From contig CAWJCS010000005.1 of the NCBI GenBank assembly GCA_963841435.1, positions 1,120,001-1,184,000 on the forward strand: a stretch of 64,000 bases of DNA. The letters run 5' to 3'. Of this stretch, positions 1-10,128 are shown piece by piece (the stretch's first letter is position 1; every line of letters starts with the position of its first letter). This DNA is from an uncultured delta proteobacterium. Its GTDB lineage: Bacteria; Myxococcota_A; Polyangia; Polyangiales; Polyangiaceae. The notes beneath the pieces were generated by a model. It was given only the letters and a program-made list of their open reading frames with translations. It ran no database searches and had not been told where the DNA came from. The position numbers and the translations under genes were made by a program.

Positions 1-123
1 GTCACGTTGGCGCGGCTCGTCGCGCGGCTCGAGGGGGCGATTGGCTATGCCCCCGCGGACACACCACTCGAGGGCGTGCGCGTCGTGGCCCGTGTTCGAT
101 CAGGAAAGGTCACCCCCCCATGA
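1..123 (+). CDS. 3' end of a gene cut by the window edge; possibly a small PstS-like periplasmic binding protein
   Basis: Frame 1 is open (VTLARLVARLEGAIGYAP...GVRVV...) to TGA at 121-123, with an ATGA overlap with the next gene. GAIGY resembles the C-terminus of small PstS-like proteins. Confidence 0.4.
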   Translation, partial: VTLARLVARLEGAIGYAPADTPLEGVRVVARVRSGKVTPP

Positions 124-515
124 GCTCGTCCACCCTCGTCTCCCTGGTCGTGGTCGGCGCGGTCTTCCTCGGTTGCCACGATCAGTGCGACCCAGGCTAC
201 ACCCTCGAGAACTACCTCTGCGTCGCCATTCCGGACGACACCGCCTCCGGAGGCGCCGCGGGCAGCGACGACGCGGGCGGCGGCGAGCCGGGCACGGGCC
301 CCGCGAGCTGCGAGCCCAGTACGTTCGGCGCCGACTGCACGAGCAGCGCGGACTGCACCTGCGACAGCAGCTTCTGCGCTGCCTATCCCGGCGATGTGGG
401 ATTTTGCACGCGCACGGGGTGCCTCGAGGATCCGAGCGTGTGCCCCACGGGCTACGGCTGCTTCGACATCTCCGCGCTGCAGCCCGGCCAGCCCTCCATC
501 TGCACGCCGCCTTGA
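120..515 (+). CDS. Small Cys-rich lipoprotein
   Basis: Hydrophobic signal plus lipobox (FLGC), Gly/Ser linker, many Cys. Its stop overlaps the kinase start (TGATG). Confidence 0.75.
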   Translation: MSSSTLVSLVVVGAVFLGCHDQCDPGYTLENYLCVAIPDDTASGGAAGSDDAGGGEPGTGPASCEPSTFGADCTSSADCTCDSSFCAAYPGDVGFCTRTGCLEDPSVCPTGYGCFDISALQPGQPSICTPP

Positions 516-2686
516 TGAGCGCCCCGAGCCCCAGCCAGCCGCCGGCGGGCGAGCCCCAGCAGGCCGACCGAGCGAAGCCCGCGGCGACGGGCCGGCACCT
601 GTTGCCGTCGACCTTTCGGCTCAAGCTCGCCCTCACCGCCTTCAACATCGCGGTCGTGGGGGCTCTGCTCGCGCTCGTGACGGGCCTCGTGTCGCATATC
701 TTCTCCGAGCTCACCCCCAGCATCCACGCGGATCTCGAAGCCAAGGCGCGTCGCGGCGCGAGCGAGCTCATGCACGCCGCCGAGTACCCCATCGTGCTGC
801 GCGAAGAGGCGCAGATCAGGCGACTGGCAGAGGCGTACACGAACGACCCCGACGTCATCGCGACGGTGATCACCGACGGCGAGGGGCAGGTGCTCGTCAC
901 GACCGGCCAGGTCCCGCTGCCGATTCGGGCGCTGTTCGAGGGCACGGAAGGCAAGGTCCACGCGAGCTCCGGCGTGCTGACGGCCTGGGCCGAATCCGCG
1001 ATCGAGGGCGCCCCGGTCGGACGAGCTGCCATGGTGGTATCGACCGAGCGCGTGAACGCGGGCGCCAGGTTGAAGCGAGACATCATGCTCGCGGCGGCAT
1101 TCGGTGGCGTCCTGGCGCTGCTCGCCACGCTGGGGTTCGTCGGGCTGTACGTGGGGCCGCTCATCCGGGTGACCGTCAAGGCGTTCGAAGAGCTCGAGCA
1201 AGCCACCCAAAGCGCGCTCAAGGCGGCTCGCTTGAAGGGCGAGTTCATCGCCAACGTGAGCCACGAGATCCGCACGCCGATGAACGGCGTGCTCGGGATG
1301 ATCCAGCTCCTGCTCGCCACCGAGCTTTCCCGGAAGCAGAAGGGTTACGCCACGAAGCTTCGAACCTCGGCCAACGCTCTGATGAGCGTATTGAACGACG
1401 TCCTGGATTTTTCCAAGATCGACGCCCAGAAGCTCGAGCTCAGACCGCGACCCGTGAGCCCGAGCGCGCTGGTCAACGAGGTCGTGGAGCTCTTCCAGGC
1501 GCAGGCAGAGCTGAAGTCGCTCGCGCTGAGGGCCGAGCTTTCGGACAGCGTTCCCGACGGCGTGTTGCTCGATCCCGATCGGATGAGGCAGGTGCTGTCG
1601 AACCTCGTGGGCAACGCAGTGAAATTCACCGAGCACGGCTCGGTCACCCTGAGCCTGACGGCCAAGGAGCTCGGGCCCGGCCGCGTCGAGCTTTCCTACT
1701 CCATCAGCGACACCGGCGTCGGGATCCCGGAAGGCGGCGCGCCCGAGCTGTTCGAAGCGTTCTCGCAGATCGACGGCTCGCTCACGCGCCGCCACGGTGG
1801 CACGGGCCTCGGCCTCGCGATATCCAAACGCCTCGTGTCGCTCATGGGCGGCGAAATCTCGGTTTCGAGCGCGCTCGGCCAGGGAAGCGTGTTCACCGTG
1901 CGAGTGGCCGCCGACGAGGCGCCGCTTTCCCAAGTCCTCCCGCGCGCGTCGGAGGCGCCCGGTGCGCTTCGCGGCCGGCTTGCGGGGCGGGGTCGCTTGC
2001 TCGTCGCGGAGGACAACCCGGTCAACCGTGAGGTGCTCTCCGAGTTGCTCGCCGAGCTCGGCTGCGAGGCGACCCTGGTGGAAAACGGTGCGGAGGCCGT
2101 CACCGCGCTCGAAAACCACGAATTTTCGGCCGTGCTCATGGACTGCCAGATGCCGGTGCTCGACGGCTACGAGGCAACCCGCCGCATCCGCGCCGCGGAA
2201 AACGGGCGCCGCACGCCCATCGTCGCCGTGACGGCCCACGCCTTCCACGAGGAACGCGAGAAGACGCGCGCGGCGGGCATGGACGAGTATCTCACCAAGC
2301 CCATTGCCCTCGGCGAGCTCGCCGCCGTGCTCGACCGCGTGCTACCGAAGCGCGACCTCACGACAGAGACGAGCCTGCCGCCGCTCGACCCCACGCACCG
2401 CCGCGGCGCGTCCGTGGTGCGAGCGTTCATGAAGCACGTACCCGGCCAGATCGAGCGCATAAAGCGGGCGGTCGCGGGTGGCGACTCCCAGGACCTCGCC
2501 GCGGCGGCGCACCGACTCAAGGGAAGCTGTCTCGCCTTCGGAGCCACGCGGATGACCGAGGTGTGCGCGGCGCTGGAGGCGGGCGCCGCGGACCCCGCGC
2601 AGCTCTCGCGCGTGCTCGAAGTCGAATTCCAGAAGATCGTCGCGCTCACGCCGTCTGCCGACGAGCCGAGCGCGTCAACCGCTTGA
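515..2686 (+). CDS. Hybrid sensor histidine kinase (2 TM-HisKA-HATPase-REC-Hpt)
   Basis: H-box SHEIRTPMN, N-box NLVGNAVKFT, DTGVGI and GGTGLGL, receiver AEDN...MDCQMP...KP, Hpt AHRLKGS. True start is ATG 515. Confidence 0.95.
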   Translation: MSAPSPSQPPAGEPQQADRAKPAATGRHLLPSTFRLKLALTAFNIAVVGALLALVTGLVSHIFSELTPSIHADLEAKARRGASELMHAAEYPIVLREEAQIRRLAEAYTNDPDVIATVITDGEGQVLVTTGQVPLPIRALFEGTEGKVHASSGVLTAWAESAIEGAPVGRAAMVVSTERVNAGARLKRDIMLAAAFGGVLALLATLGFVGLYVGPLIRVTVKAFEELEQATQSALKAARLKGEFIANVSHEIRTPMNGVLGMIQLLLATELSRKQKGYATKLRTSANALMSVLNDVLDFSKIDAQKLELRPRPVSPSALVNEVVELFQAQAELKSLALRAELSDSVPDGVLLDPDRMRQVLSNLVGNAVKFTEHGSVTLSLTAKELGPGRVELSYSISDTGVGIPEGGAPELFEAFSQIDGSLTRRHGGTGLGLAISKRLVSLMGGEISVSSALGQGSVFTVRVAADEAPLSQVLPRASEAPGALRGRLAGRGRLLVAEDNPVNREVLSELLAELGCEATLVENGAEAVTALENHEFSAVLMDCQMPVLDGYEATRRIRAAENGRRTPIVAVTAHAFHEEREKTRAAGMDEYLTKPIALGELAAVLDRVLPKRDLTTETSLPPLDPTHRRGASVVRAFMKHVPGQIERIKRAVAGGDSQDLAAAAHRLKGSCLAFGATRMTEVCAALEAGAADPAQLSRVLEVEFQKIVALTPSADEPSASTA

Positions 2687-2835
2687 CGCTGGCTTGTCCT
2701 CCGCCCTGACGGACGAGCGCGTCGCGCAAGCTGTCCGAAGAAGCGTTGGATCTGCTCTTTCAAGACTCACGAGTCTTGGCGGCGTGGCTTTGCCACGCGG
2801 CCTGCTCCTCTTTCCGGGCGATTCTCGGGCGGGCT

Positions 2836-3915
2836 TTAGAGGTATCTCGTGATGAGGTTTGGGCGCTCGATCTTCTTTCGGTAGTACCAGCGGCAGAGTG
2901 GGTACATGACGACGAGCAAGCAAATCCACACGAGCACGGCACCCCCGATGCCCATGCGCATCCGAATGATCGCCCGCGCCGGACCGAGCAGATAAAAGTG
3001 CACCACGTAAAAGAAGAAGGACACCCGCCCAAACGTGGCGAAGGGCAACAGGAACCGCGGCACCCCGTCCTTCGCTACGAAGTAGACGACCGTCAGCATT
3101 ACGAAGACCCAGGTGAACGCCCAGGTGAGAAAAGGGAGATCCGGCGGGTACTTGGCGAAGTACCAGAAGTCTCGGTGGCCGAAGCCGGAGTGCGGGTAAG
3201 CGTTGCCGAATCCCCCCGATAGGCGCACGCCGAAGAACAGAGCGAGAGAGAGCGCAGCGAGCGAAAGCCAGAGCTTGGGGCGCGGCCCGTTCACGAACGT
3301 GTCGCGACCGAGCACGAAGCCGAGAAAGACGATGCCGCACCAGGGCAAGATCGGATAGAGCGAGCGAAAATGCCCCTCGCGCACCGGCTCGTAGATCACG
3401 GCCCGGAGCGGCGTCGGCAATGCGGACGCGTCGATGAGCGGGTGCAGGAACAGAATCGCGAGCGCAAGCGCGGCGAACGGGAGCTGCGGCAGCCGCCTGA
3501 GCCATGCCGTCAAGATGATGCTCGCCCCGATCGAGCTCAAGACGACGAACGAGTAGTAGCCCCCGAACGCACGCGGCAACCCGCCGACGATCGCGTCTAC
3601 CAATAATAGCACGATGCCGCGCACGACGAGACGGTGCGTGATCACCCGAGGCTCGACGCCGCGAGCCTCTCGCGCGAGGCTCGTCCAGGCAATCATGAAA
3701 CCTGCCATGAAGAAGAACCCGGGAGCGACGGGTACGCCGGTGAAGCGCGCCAGGAACTCTCCGAGCGAAGCGGGAAAGGACGGTTCGCTCGCGTAGAGCT
3801 CCTCGCCCCCTCGGTTGGCGTTGTAAATGAGGGAGGCATGATCGAGCGCCATGTGCGCGATCAAAAGCCCGCGGAACAGGTTGACGTAACCCTCGCGGGA
3901 ATCGGCACCGGCCAT
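2836..3915 (-). CDS. DUF1624 / HGSNAT-like multi-pass membrane acyltransferase family protein
   Basis: FRGLLIAHMALDH, APGFFFMAG, YPILPW, KYPP and FFFYVVH motifs; multiple TM segments. Confidence 0.75.
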   Translation of the reverse strand: MAGADSREGYVNLFRGLLIAHMALDHASLIYNANRGGEELYASEPSFPASLGEFLARFTGVPVAPGFFFMAGFMIAWTSLAREARGVEPRVITHRLVVRGIVLLLVDAIVGGLPRAFGGYYSFVVLSSIGASIILTAWLRRLPQLPFAALALAILFLHPLIDASALPTPLRAVIYEPVREGHFRSLYPILPWCGIVFLGFVLGRDTFVNGPRPKLWLSLAALSLALFFGVRLSGGFGNAYPHSGFGHRDFWYFAKYPPDLPFLTWAFTWVFVMLTVVYFVAKDGVPRFLLPFATFGRVSFFFYVVHFYLLGPARAIIRMRMGIGGAVLVWICLLVVMYPLCRWYYRKKIERPNLITRYL

Positions 3916-4019
3916 TTTGTGGGCGAGCCTATCACTGCTCCGCTCCGGCAGTGCTTTACCTCGGGCCCCCGCCTGAGGCAGGCTCTCGCTTGCTGCCGGC
4001 GTCGCCGGGGCGCCCCCCC

Positions 4020-5090
4020 GTGAGAGTTCTGTTCGACCTACTTCATCCCGCACACGTCCATCTGTTCAAGAACCTCAGTCGGGAGCTCGAACAACGGGGG
4101 CACGCGGTGCGCTTCACCTTGCGTGAGAAGGAGTGCGCGCGCGACCTCCTCGACGAGCTCGGCTTACCCTACGAGGTCCTCTCGACCCAGCATTTCGGCG
4201 CGGGCCTCGTCGGGGAGTTCCTCCAGCGCGGGGCTCGGCTGTGGCGGGTCGCGGCGCACTTCGAGCCGCATTTTCTGGCCGGGGTGATGGGGCCGACGAT
4301 TGCACCCGTGGGCCGCGCCCGGAGGCTGCTCGGCCGCAACCGTGCGAGGGTCGCGGTCTTCTACGGTACCGAGATCGCGAAGCTCACGAACTCCTTCGTT
4401 TACCCGCTCGCCGACTACGTGATCACGCCCGACTCGTACCAGGGCAAGGTGGGCTCGAACCACGTCACCTACCCCGGGTTCCACGAGCTCGCGTACCTGC
4501 ACCCTCACCGCTTCACGCCCGATCGAGCCGTCGTCGAAGGCCTGGGGATCGACACGAGCCAGCCCTACTTCGTCGTGCGCTTCGTCTCGTACCAGGCGAG
4601 CCACGACATCGGTGTCAACACGCTGCAGGCAGAGCGCAAGGTCGAGCTCGTTCGCAAGCTCGCCGAACGCGGACGGGTGCTCGTGAGCTCCGAAGCCGCC
4701 CTTCCTCCGGAGCTCGAGCGGCACCGCATGAAGATCCCCGTGTCCCGGATCCATCATGTGCTCGCGTTCGCGCGCATGCTCGTGGGCGAGAGTGCGACCA
4801 TGGCCTCCGAAGCGGCGGTGCTGGGCGTCCCCGCCGTGTACGTGTCCCTGTACGGTCGTGGCTTCACCGACGACCTCGAGCGCTACGGGCTCGTCAAGAA
4901 CTTCAACGGTCCACGCGTCAACGAGAACTGGGTCGCCGCGGTCGCCGAGTGGGAGGCGACGCCGAACCTCACCGACAAGATGCGGGAGGCCCAGGCCCGG
5001 ATGCTGAGCGAAAAGGTCAACCTCACGAGCTTCATGCTCGAGTTCTTCGAGCGCGAGTTCGAAAAGCACTTCCCCGACGAGCCCCGTTAG
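4020..5090 (+). CDS. DUF354 family protein (GT-B-like putative glycosyltransferase)
   Basis: HPAHVHLFKN, YPGFHELAYLHP and GESATMASEAAVLGVPA motifs; GTG start at 4020. Confidence 0.8.
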   Translation: MRVLFDLLHPAHVHLFKNLSRELEQRGHAVRFTLREKECARDLLDELGLPYEVLSTQHFGAGLVGEFLQRGARLWRVAAHFEPHFLAGVMGPTIAPVGRARRLLGRNRARVAVFYGTEIAKLTNSFVYPLADYVITPDSYQGKVGSNHVTYPGFHELAYLHPHRFTPDRAVVEGLGIDTSQPYFVVRFVSYQASHDIGVNTLQAERKVELVRKLAERGRVLVSSEAALPPELERHRMKIPVSRIHHVLAFARMLVGESATMASEAAVLGVPAVYVSLYGRGFTDDLERYGLVKNFNGPRVNENWVAAVAEWEATPNLTDKMREAQARMLSEKVNLTSFMLEFFEREFEKHFPDEPR

Positions 5091-5193
5091 CGTCCCCGCA
5101 CATGGCGGCCCGCGCGCACCGCCGATTCCGCCTGCTCGGGTTGACGCGGAGGGCTTCTCCGCGTAACCCATGCTCCGGCTGAGGCCACTCTGC

Positions 5194-6165
5194 ATGCAAC
5201 GAAGCGTTCTGATCACCGGTGGGGCGGGGTTCATCGGCTCCAACGTCGCCCGGTACTTCGTCAAGGCGGGCTACTCCGTCCACCTCTACGACTCGTTCGT
5301 TCTCTACTCCTTGCCCGACCCGAACAAGGATCAACCGAACGTCGCGTTCCGACTCAAGGACATCTACCCGCAGATTCGACTGATCCGGGGCAACACGCTC
5401 GACAAGGACTTCTTGCGTCGCACGCTCACCGAAATCGCGCCCGAGGTGATCGTGCACATGGCGGCCATGCCGCTCGCCGCCGTGGCGATCGAGCACACCG
5501 AGGAGGCATTTCAGTTCATCCTCAACAGCACGCAGAACATCCTCGAGATCATGCGCGACCTGAACGATCCAGGCCGCATCGTCTACGTGTCGTCGAGCAT
5601 GGTCTACGGTGACTTCAAGGCACCCGAGGTTGACGAGGAAGACCACCCGAAGAACCCGAAGGACATCTACGGGGCGTTCAAGCTCGCGGGCGAGATCATC
5701 GTCTCGGCCTATTCGAAGAACTACGGTCTCGACTACGTGATGTGCCGGCCTTCGGCGGTCTACGGCCCGACCGACACCAACGCCCGCGTCGTCCAGAAGT
5801 TCATCCGCGCGGCGCTCGAGGGCAAACCGCTGCTCCTCGACGGGGATGGCAGCATGAAGCTCGATTTTACCTTCGTGGAAGACACCGCGCTGGCCATCTT
5901 CCTCGCCGCCACCATGCCCGAGGCGAGCAAGCGCATCTACAACGTGACGCGCGGTGAAGGTCGCTCGCTGAAGGAGCTCACGGAGATCATCGCGCGCCAT
6001 ATCCCCAACACGCGGGTGGAACACCGTGAGGTGCCGCGCTACATGCCCGTGCGGGGGACGCTGAGTATCGAGCGCGCCAAGAAGGAGCTCGGCTACGCGC
6101 CGCAGGTTCCGCTCGAAGAGGGTGTACGACGCTACGTCGAGCACCTGCGTAACAACCGCTTCTGA
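5194..6165 (+). CDS. NAD-dependent nucleotide-sugar epimerase/dehydratase
   Basis: TGGAGFIG, SSSMVYG, YGAFK (YxxxK), RPSAVYGP. Confidence 0.92.
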   Translation: MQRSVLITGGAGFIGSNVARYFVKAGYSVHLYDSFVLYSLPDPNKDQPNVAFRLKDIYPQIRLIRGNTLDKDFLRRTLTEIAPEVIVHMAAMPLAAVAIEHTEEAFQFILNSTQNILEIMRDLNDPGRIVYVSSSMVYGDFKAPEVDEEDHPKNPKDIYGAFKLAGEIIVSAYSKNYGLDYVMCRPSAVYGPTDTNARVVQKFIRAALEGKPLLLDGDGSMKLDFTFVEDTALAIFLAATMPEASKRIYNVTRGEGRSLKELTEIIARHIPNTRVEHREVPRYMPVRGTLSIERAKKELGYAPQVPLEEGVRRYVEHLRNNRF

Positions 6166-6166
6166 C

Positions 6167-7273
6167 ATGAAGATCCCGTTCATGCGGATCGACCGCCAGT
6201 TCGCGACGCTGCGCGCGGAGGTCATGCCTCGCGTCGAGGCGATTCTGGAGAGCGGGCGCGTCCTGCAGAGCCCCGACATCGTGAAGCTCGAGCAGCGGCT
6301 CGCGGGGCTGCACGGGCTTTCCGACGGCGTCGCGACGAACAGCGGCACGGACGCCTTGATGTTCGCCATCGCCGGGCTCGGGTTGCCGCCCGGTAGCCGC
6401 ATCGCGGTCACGTCGATGACGTTCATCGCGTCCGCCTCCGCCATCGTCCACAACGGCTGCATACCGGTGTTCGTCAACGTCAACCCGGAAACCATGCTGA
6501 TGGACGCGGCGCAAACGCTCGACCTGATCCGCGCGCGTCGCGTCACGGCCGTCGTTTTGGTTCACCTGTACGGCCAGCTCCTCGAGCTCGACGAGATCGC
6601 GCGCGAGGCTCGAGCCCACGGCGTCAAGCTCGTCGAGGACGCGGCGCAGGCCATCGGCGCGACACGGCACGGAAAGCCGCCCGGCGCACACGCCGACGTG
6701 ACGTGCCTCAGCTTCGACCCGACCAAAGTCGTGGGGGCGTGCGGCTCGGGCGGCGCGCTCGTCACGAGCGAGAAGATCATCGCCGACAAGGCGCGCCTGC
6801 TCCGCTACCACGGGCACGCCGGCAATCGCGTCTACACGGTGCCCGGTTACAACTGCCAGATGGACAGCCTGCAGGCGGCCATCATCGACGCCAAGCTCGA
6901 CCACGTCGATGAATGGCAAGCACGCCGCGCGGAGATCGCGCGCGCGTTCGACGCGGGCCTCGCGGGGCTTTCCGGCATCGCGCGCGTCGTCACGCTGCCG
7001 GGCAACGTGCACAATCACCACAAGTACGTGCTTCACGCCGAGCGGCGCGACGAGCTCGTCAAGCACCTCGCCGAGCGCGGCGTGCAGACTTCCATTCACT
7101 ACAGCCTGCCCCTGCATCGCCAGCCCTGCTTTGCGCCATTTTCGGAGGGTGTCTCGTTGCCGAAGGTCGAGGCCGCCGCGGCCGACATCGTGTCGCTGCC
7201 GATGTACGCAGAGCTCACCGACGACGAGGTTTCCCACATCGTCGGCGCGACGCGCTCGTTCTACGGCGGCTGA
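6167..7273 (+). CDS. DegT/DnrJ/EryC1/StrS PLP-dependent sugar aminotransferase
   Basis: NSGTDAL, VHLYGQ, EDAAQA, SFDPTK (PLP lysine), SLPMY. Confidence 0.93.
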   Translation: MKIPFMRIDRQFATLRAEVMPRVEAILESGRVLQSPDIVKLEQRLAGLHGLSDGVATNSGTDALMFAIAGLGLPPGSRIAVTSMTFIASASAIVHNGCIPVFVNVNPETMLMDAAQTLDLIRARRVTAVVLVHLYGQLLELDEIAREARAHGVKLVEDAAQAIGATRHGKPPGAHADVTCLSFDPTKVVGACGSGGALVTSEKIIADKARLLRYHGHAGNRVYTVPGYNCQMDSLQAAIIDAKLDHVDEWQARRAEIARAFDAGLAGLSGIARVVTLPGNVHNHHKYVLHAERRDELVKHLAERGVQTSIHYSLPLHRQPCFAPFSEGVSLPKVEAAAADIVSLPMYAELTDDEVSHIVGATRSFYGG

Positions 7274-7951
7274 TCGCCCGCTCGCTCGAGCTTCGCTGCC
7301 CATTCGATGCCGGCGGCGAGGTGGGCCAAGAACGCCGGCTCGTCGAAGAAAGCCGCTTCATGGCCGAGGCCCGTGTAAAACGCCCGGGCGCGTCCGACCT
7401 CGTGGCACCACGCGATCGGGTGGTCGCCGCCCATGCTCGCGTCACCCGGAGCGTAGCTCGACTCGTCGAGCGACAGCAGCACACGCACCCGTTGGCGCGG
7501 GCTTTCGTCGAAGGCGTACCATTCGTCTTCGTGGCTGAACGAGAGAGGGAGCCCGTGCGTCGCCGGATGCCCGGCATCGTCCACGACGACGGTCGCCGCC
7601 TGAACCTCCGGGTGCGCCCGGAAGCGTGCACCCAAGAGACGGCCGAACAGCGGCCAATCGTGCGCGGTATCGGCGGCCCCGTGGATCCCGACGAAGCCAC
7701 CGCCTCGCCCGACGAACCGCTCGAACGCGCCGCGCTGCTCGGGTGTGAGCACGGCGCCCGAGGTCGAACAGGAACGCCACAACGTCCAGCTCGGCGAGCC
7801 GCGCGTCGTCGAACGGCGCCGGATCGTCGCCGGTGCGAAGCGCCCAGCCGCGCGCGATGGCGAGCCGGGTGAGCGCCGAAACGGCGGTGTCCGTCAACGC
7901 GTGCCGATAGCCGAGCGTCTGCGTGAACAGGAAGACCGACGGTCCGCGCAC
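7261..7951 (-). pseudogene. ThuA-like (class I GATase fold) protein, apparently frameshifted at ~7763-7769 (probably a sequencing error)
   Basis: N-terminal half FLFTQTLGYRH...LDVVAFL is in one frame. STSGAVL...GGGFVGIH.A.D...DEWY...DHPIAW...FYTGLGH is in the next. Deleting one base joins them. Confidence 0.8.
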
Positions 7952-7953
7952 GC

Positions 7954-8847
7954 TCAGATCTTGCCAGCTCGACGCAGTCGCTTGGCCAGGCGCCGGCCCG
8001 CGTCTTCGGCTGCCGGATCGAGGAAGCGCACGTGGAAGTGCGTCGTGTGACCCCAGGCGTGCCGGATCAGCGTGTCCTTGTGTGGCGGCGATTCGAACAG
8101 GTGGTCCACGAAGTCCGCGGGTTCGCCGCTTGCCTTCGCGTAGTCGCGCAACAAGCTCTGGATCGAGCGATCCATGAACAGGTATTCGACGCCGCCGTCG
8201 GCGACGAGCGCCTTGACGAGCGCCCAGGTGAGCCGCCGGTCGAGATTCTTGGCGGTCGCGCGCGTGTACCACTTGGCGGGCGGGTCGTAGAAATAGCCGA
8301 CGTCGGCGTCGAGCCCGAGCTGGTGGCTGCGGTGGGGCCGGAGGTAGCCGCCGCGGCGCCGGCTCAGGTCGCCCACGAGCACGTCGGGCGCCTCGGGAAA
8401 CTCCTCGTGCAGCCGCCCGGCGGCGTCCTCGAGGAAGCGCACCGTCGCGTTCGTACCGAAGCTGTTGTCGTCGTCGACCATGACGCGGAGCCCCGGCATC
8501 GAGCGCAGCTCGACGCCGTTGATGAGCCGACCTCGGTTCGGTCTGCCGACGCAGATGGAGCCGAGCGACGCCGGGGGATCGAGTGCCACGCGATCGAGCT
8601 CGGTGCGCGAGAACGCGTCGAGTGGATGGCGCGCCGGCCGGATCACGATGGGGTCGAGCGCGATGGGACCGCTCGGCGCGGGCGCGTCGTCGGGCGCGAT
8701 GCCGAGCACGGGCGGCGCCGCCGACCGGGGAGCGGGCAGCTCGGGGGCGCGAGGCGACCGCCGAGAGCCCCCGGCGTTCAGCGCCACCGCCACGGCGCCC
8801 AGGGACACGACGACAGCGAGGCTCGAAGCGCGCAGCCCGAAAGACAT
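7954..8847 (-). CDS. Penicillin-insensitive murein endopeptidase (MepA-like, LAS family)
   Basis: GRLINGVEL, GDLS...GG...HRSHQLGLDAD, HFHVR; N-terminal TM and Pro-rich linker. Confidence 0.85.
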   Translation of the reverse strand: MSFGLRASSLAVVVSLGAVAVALNAGGSRRSPRAPELPAPRSAAPPVLGIAPDDAPAPSGPIALDPIVIRPARHPLDAFSRTELDRVALDPPASLGSICVGRPNRGRLINGVELRSMPGLRVMVDDDNSFGTNATVRFLEDAAGRLHEEFPEAPDVLVGDLSRRRGGYLRPHRSHQLGLDADVGYFYDPPAKWYTRATAKNLDRRLTWALVKALVADGGVEYLFMDRSIQSLLRDYAKASGEPADFVDHLFESPPHKDTLIRHAWGHTTHFHVRFLDPAAEDAGRRLAKRLRRAGKI

Positions 8848-8995
8848 GCCAACAACGACCCTAGCGCTACGCGACCCGCCCGGCAACGCCCGACGCCGCT
8901 CTTCGGTCCCACGTCGAGACGGGGCACGCGGCCTTTTTGCGCTTCGTACGCGCTTCGCAAGCTCTGAATTTTTGCAAGTGGCGCGGACGGCGCGC

Positions 8996-9977
8996 TCAGA
9001 ACCCGATACCGACGTTCAGGGAAATCTCGGTCGGGTACAGCCGCTGCGTCGAGCAGCCGGGTGAGACCGTCGAATCGTACGCGTACGGACAGCTTTGGAA
9101 GCCCACGGGAAGGACGTTCTGTGCGACGCGCGCATCGACGTAGAGACGCGTCGAAACGTCGCGGAAGAACATCATGCCGCCCTGTACGTAGCCCGCGAGG
9201 TTCGTCACGTCCGACGACATCAGGCGCGGCAAGATGCCGAAGCCGATGTACGGAGCCGACACGTCGTGCGTGAGATAAAAGCTTGCCCCGATGTCCGACC
9301 AGAGCCCGCCGTAGGCGAGATCCGATGTCGCGCCCGCGGGAACGGTGAAGCCCACACCGACCTCGAGGAAGTGGTTGTCGCCCTCGAGCTTCAAATCGAA
9401 TCCGAGGCTCATCTGGCTGCGGACACGTTTGGTCCAACCAATCGGGTAGATGAAGCTGCCCTTGAAGCCGGCGACTCGCGAGCTCGATACGCGGCGCGGC
9501 GCGATACCCTCGTTGGTCGTGACGTTGTCAACGCCGCGTACCTCGCGCACGTTCTGCTTTACGGTCAGCGCCTTGGCGAGGCGGTCGCTCGCTGGCTCGA
9601 ACGTCGTCGAGCCCCGACGCGGTGATCTTCGCGGAGTGAATCATCCTGCCGTTGGCGGCATAACGCGTCGCCGTGATCACGATGCGTGAATCCAGCCGCA
9701 CCGCGGTGACGTACAGGTACTCGGTGGCCTGGACTTTTCGGGCGACTTCTTCGTAGCTTCCCCCCTCGGCGAGCGCCTGCTTCACGCGGGCGGGCGGCAC
9801 GACGCGGTCCCTCGCTTCGATCTGATAGGCGGCCGCAACCATCTGCCCGATGGCGTCACCCTGCGCCGGCTCCAGATTCGTGGATTCGACCGGCAGCACC
9901 ATCACGGCGGCGAGCGCGCGCGGAACCCAAGCCAGCATGGCAAAGCCCAAGAGCAAGCCCTCGATTCTCATGCTCAC
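8996..9977 (-). pseudogene. Secreted / outer-membrane beta-barrel-like protein, apparently frameshifted at ~9599-9605
   Basis: A signal-peptide ORF (9528-9977) and a beta-strand-rich ORF ending in F (8996-9550) join as GLDDV-EPASDRLAKAL if one base is removed. Confidence 0.7.
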
Positions 9978-10128
9978 CTACTAGGCAACTAGCGGGCCAG
10001 GCGCGGGGCCGAGCAGCTCCTCGCGACTTTTTCGACGCATCTTCATCGATCCTGCGACCGGGGGCTTGTCGCCGCGGGCTCACACCGTGATCTTCGTGCC
10101 ACAGTGGGAGGATGTGGGTCGGCCCGGG

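Noticed and set aside
41..514. 881-aa kinase ORF starting at 41
   Set aside because: The first 158 codons are Arg-rich shadow sequence over a better lipoprotein ORF; the real start is ATG 515.
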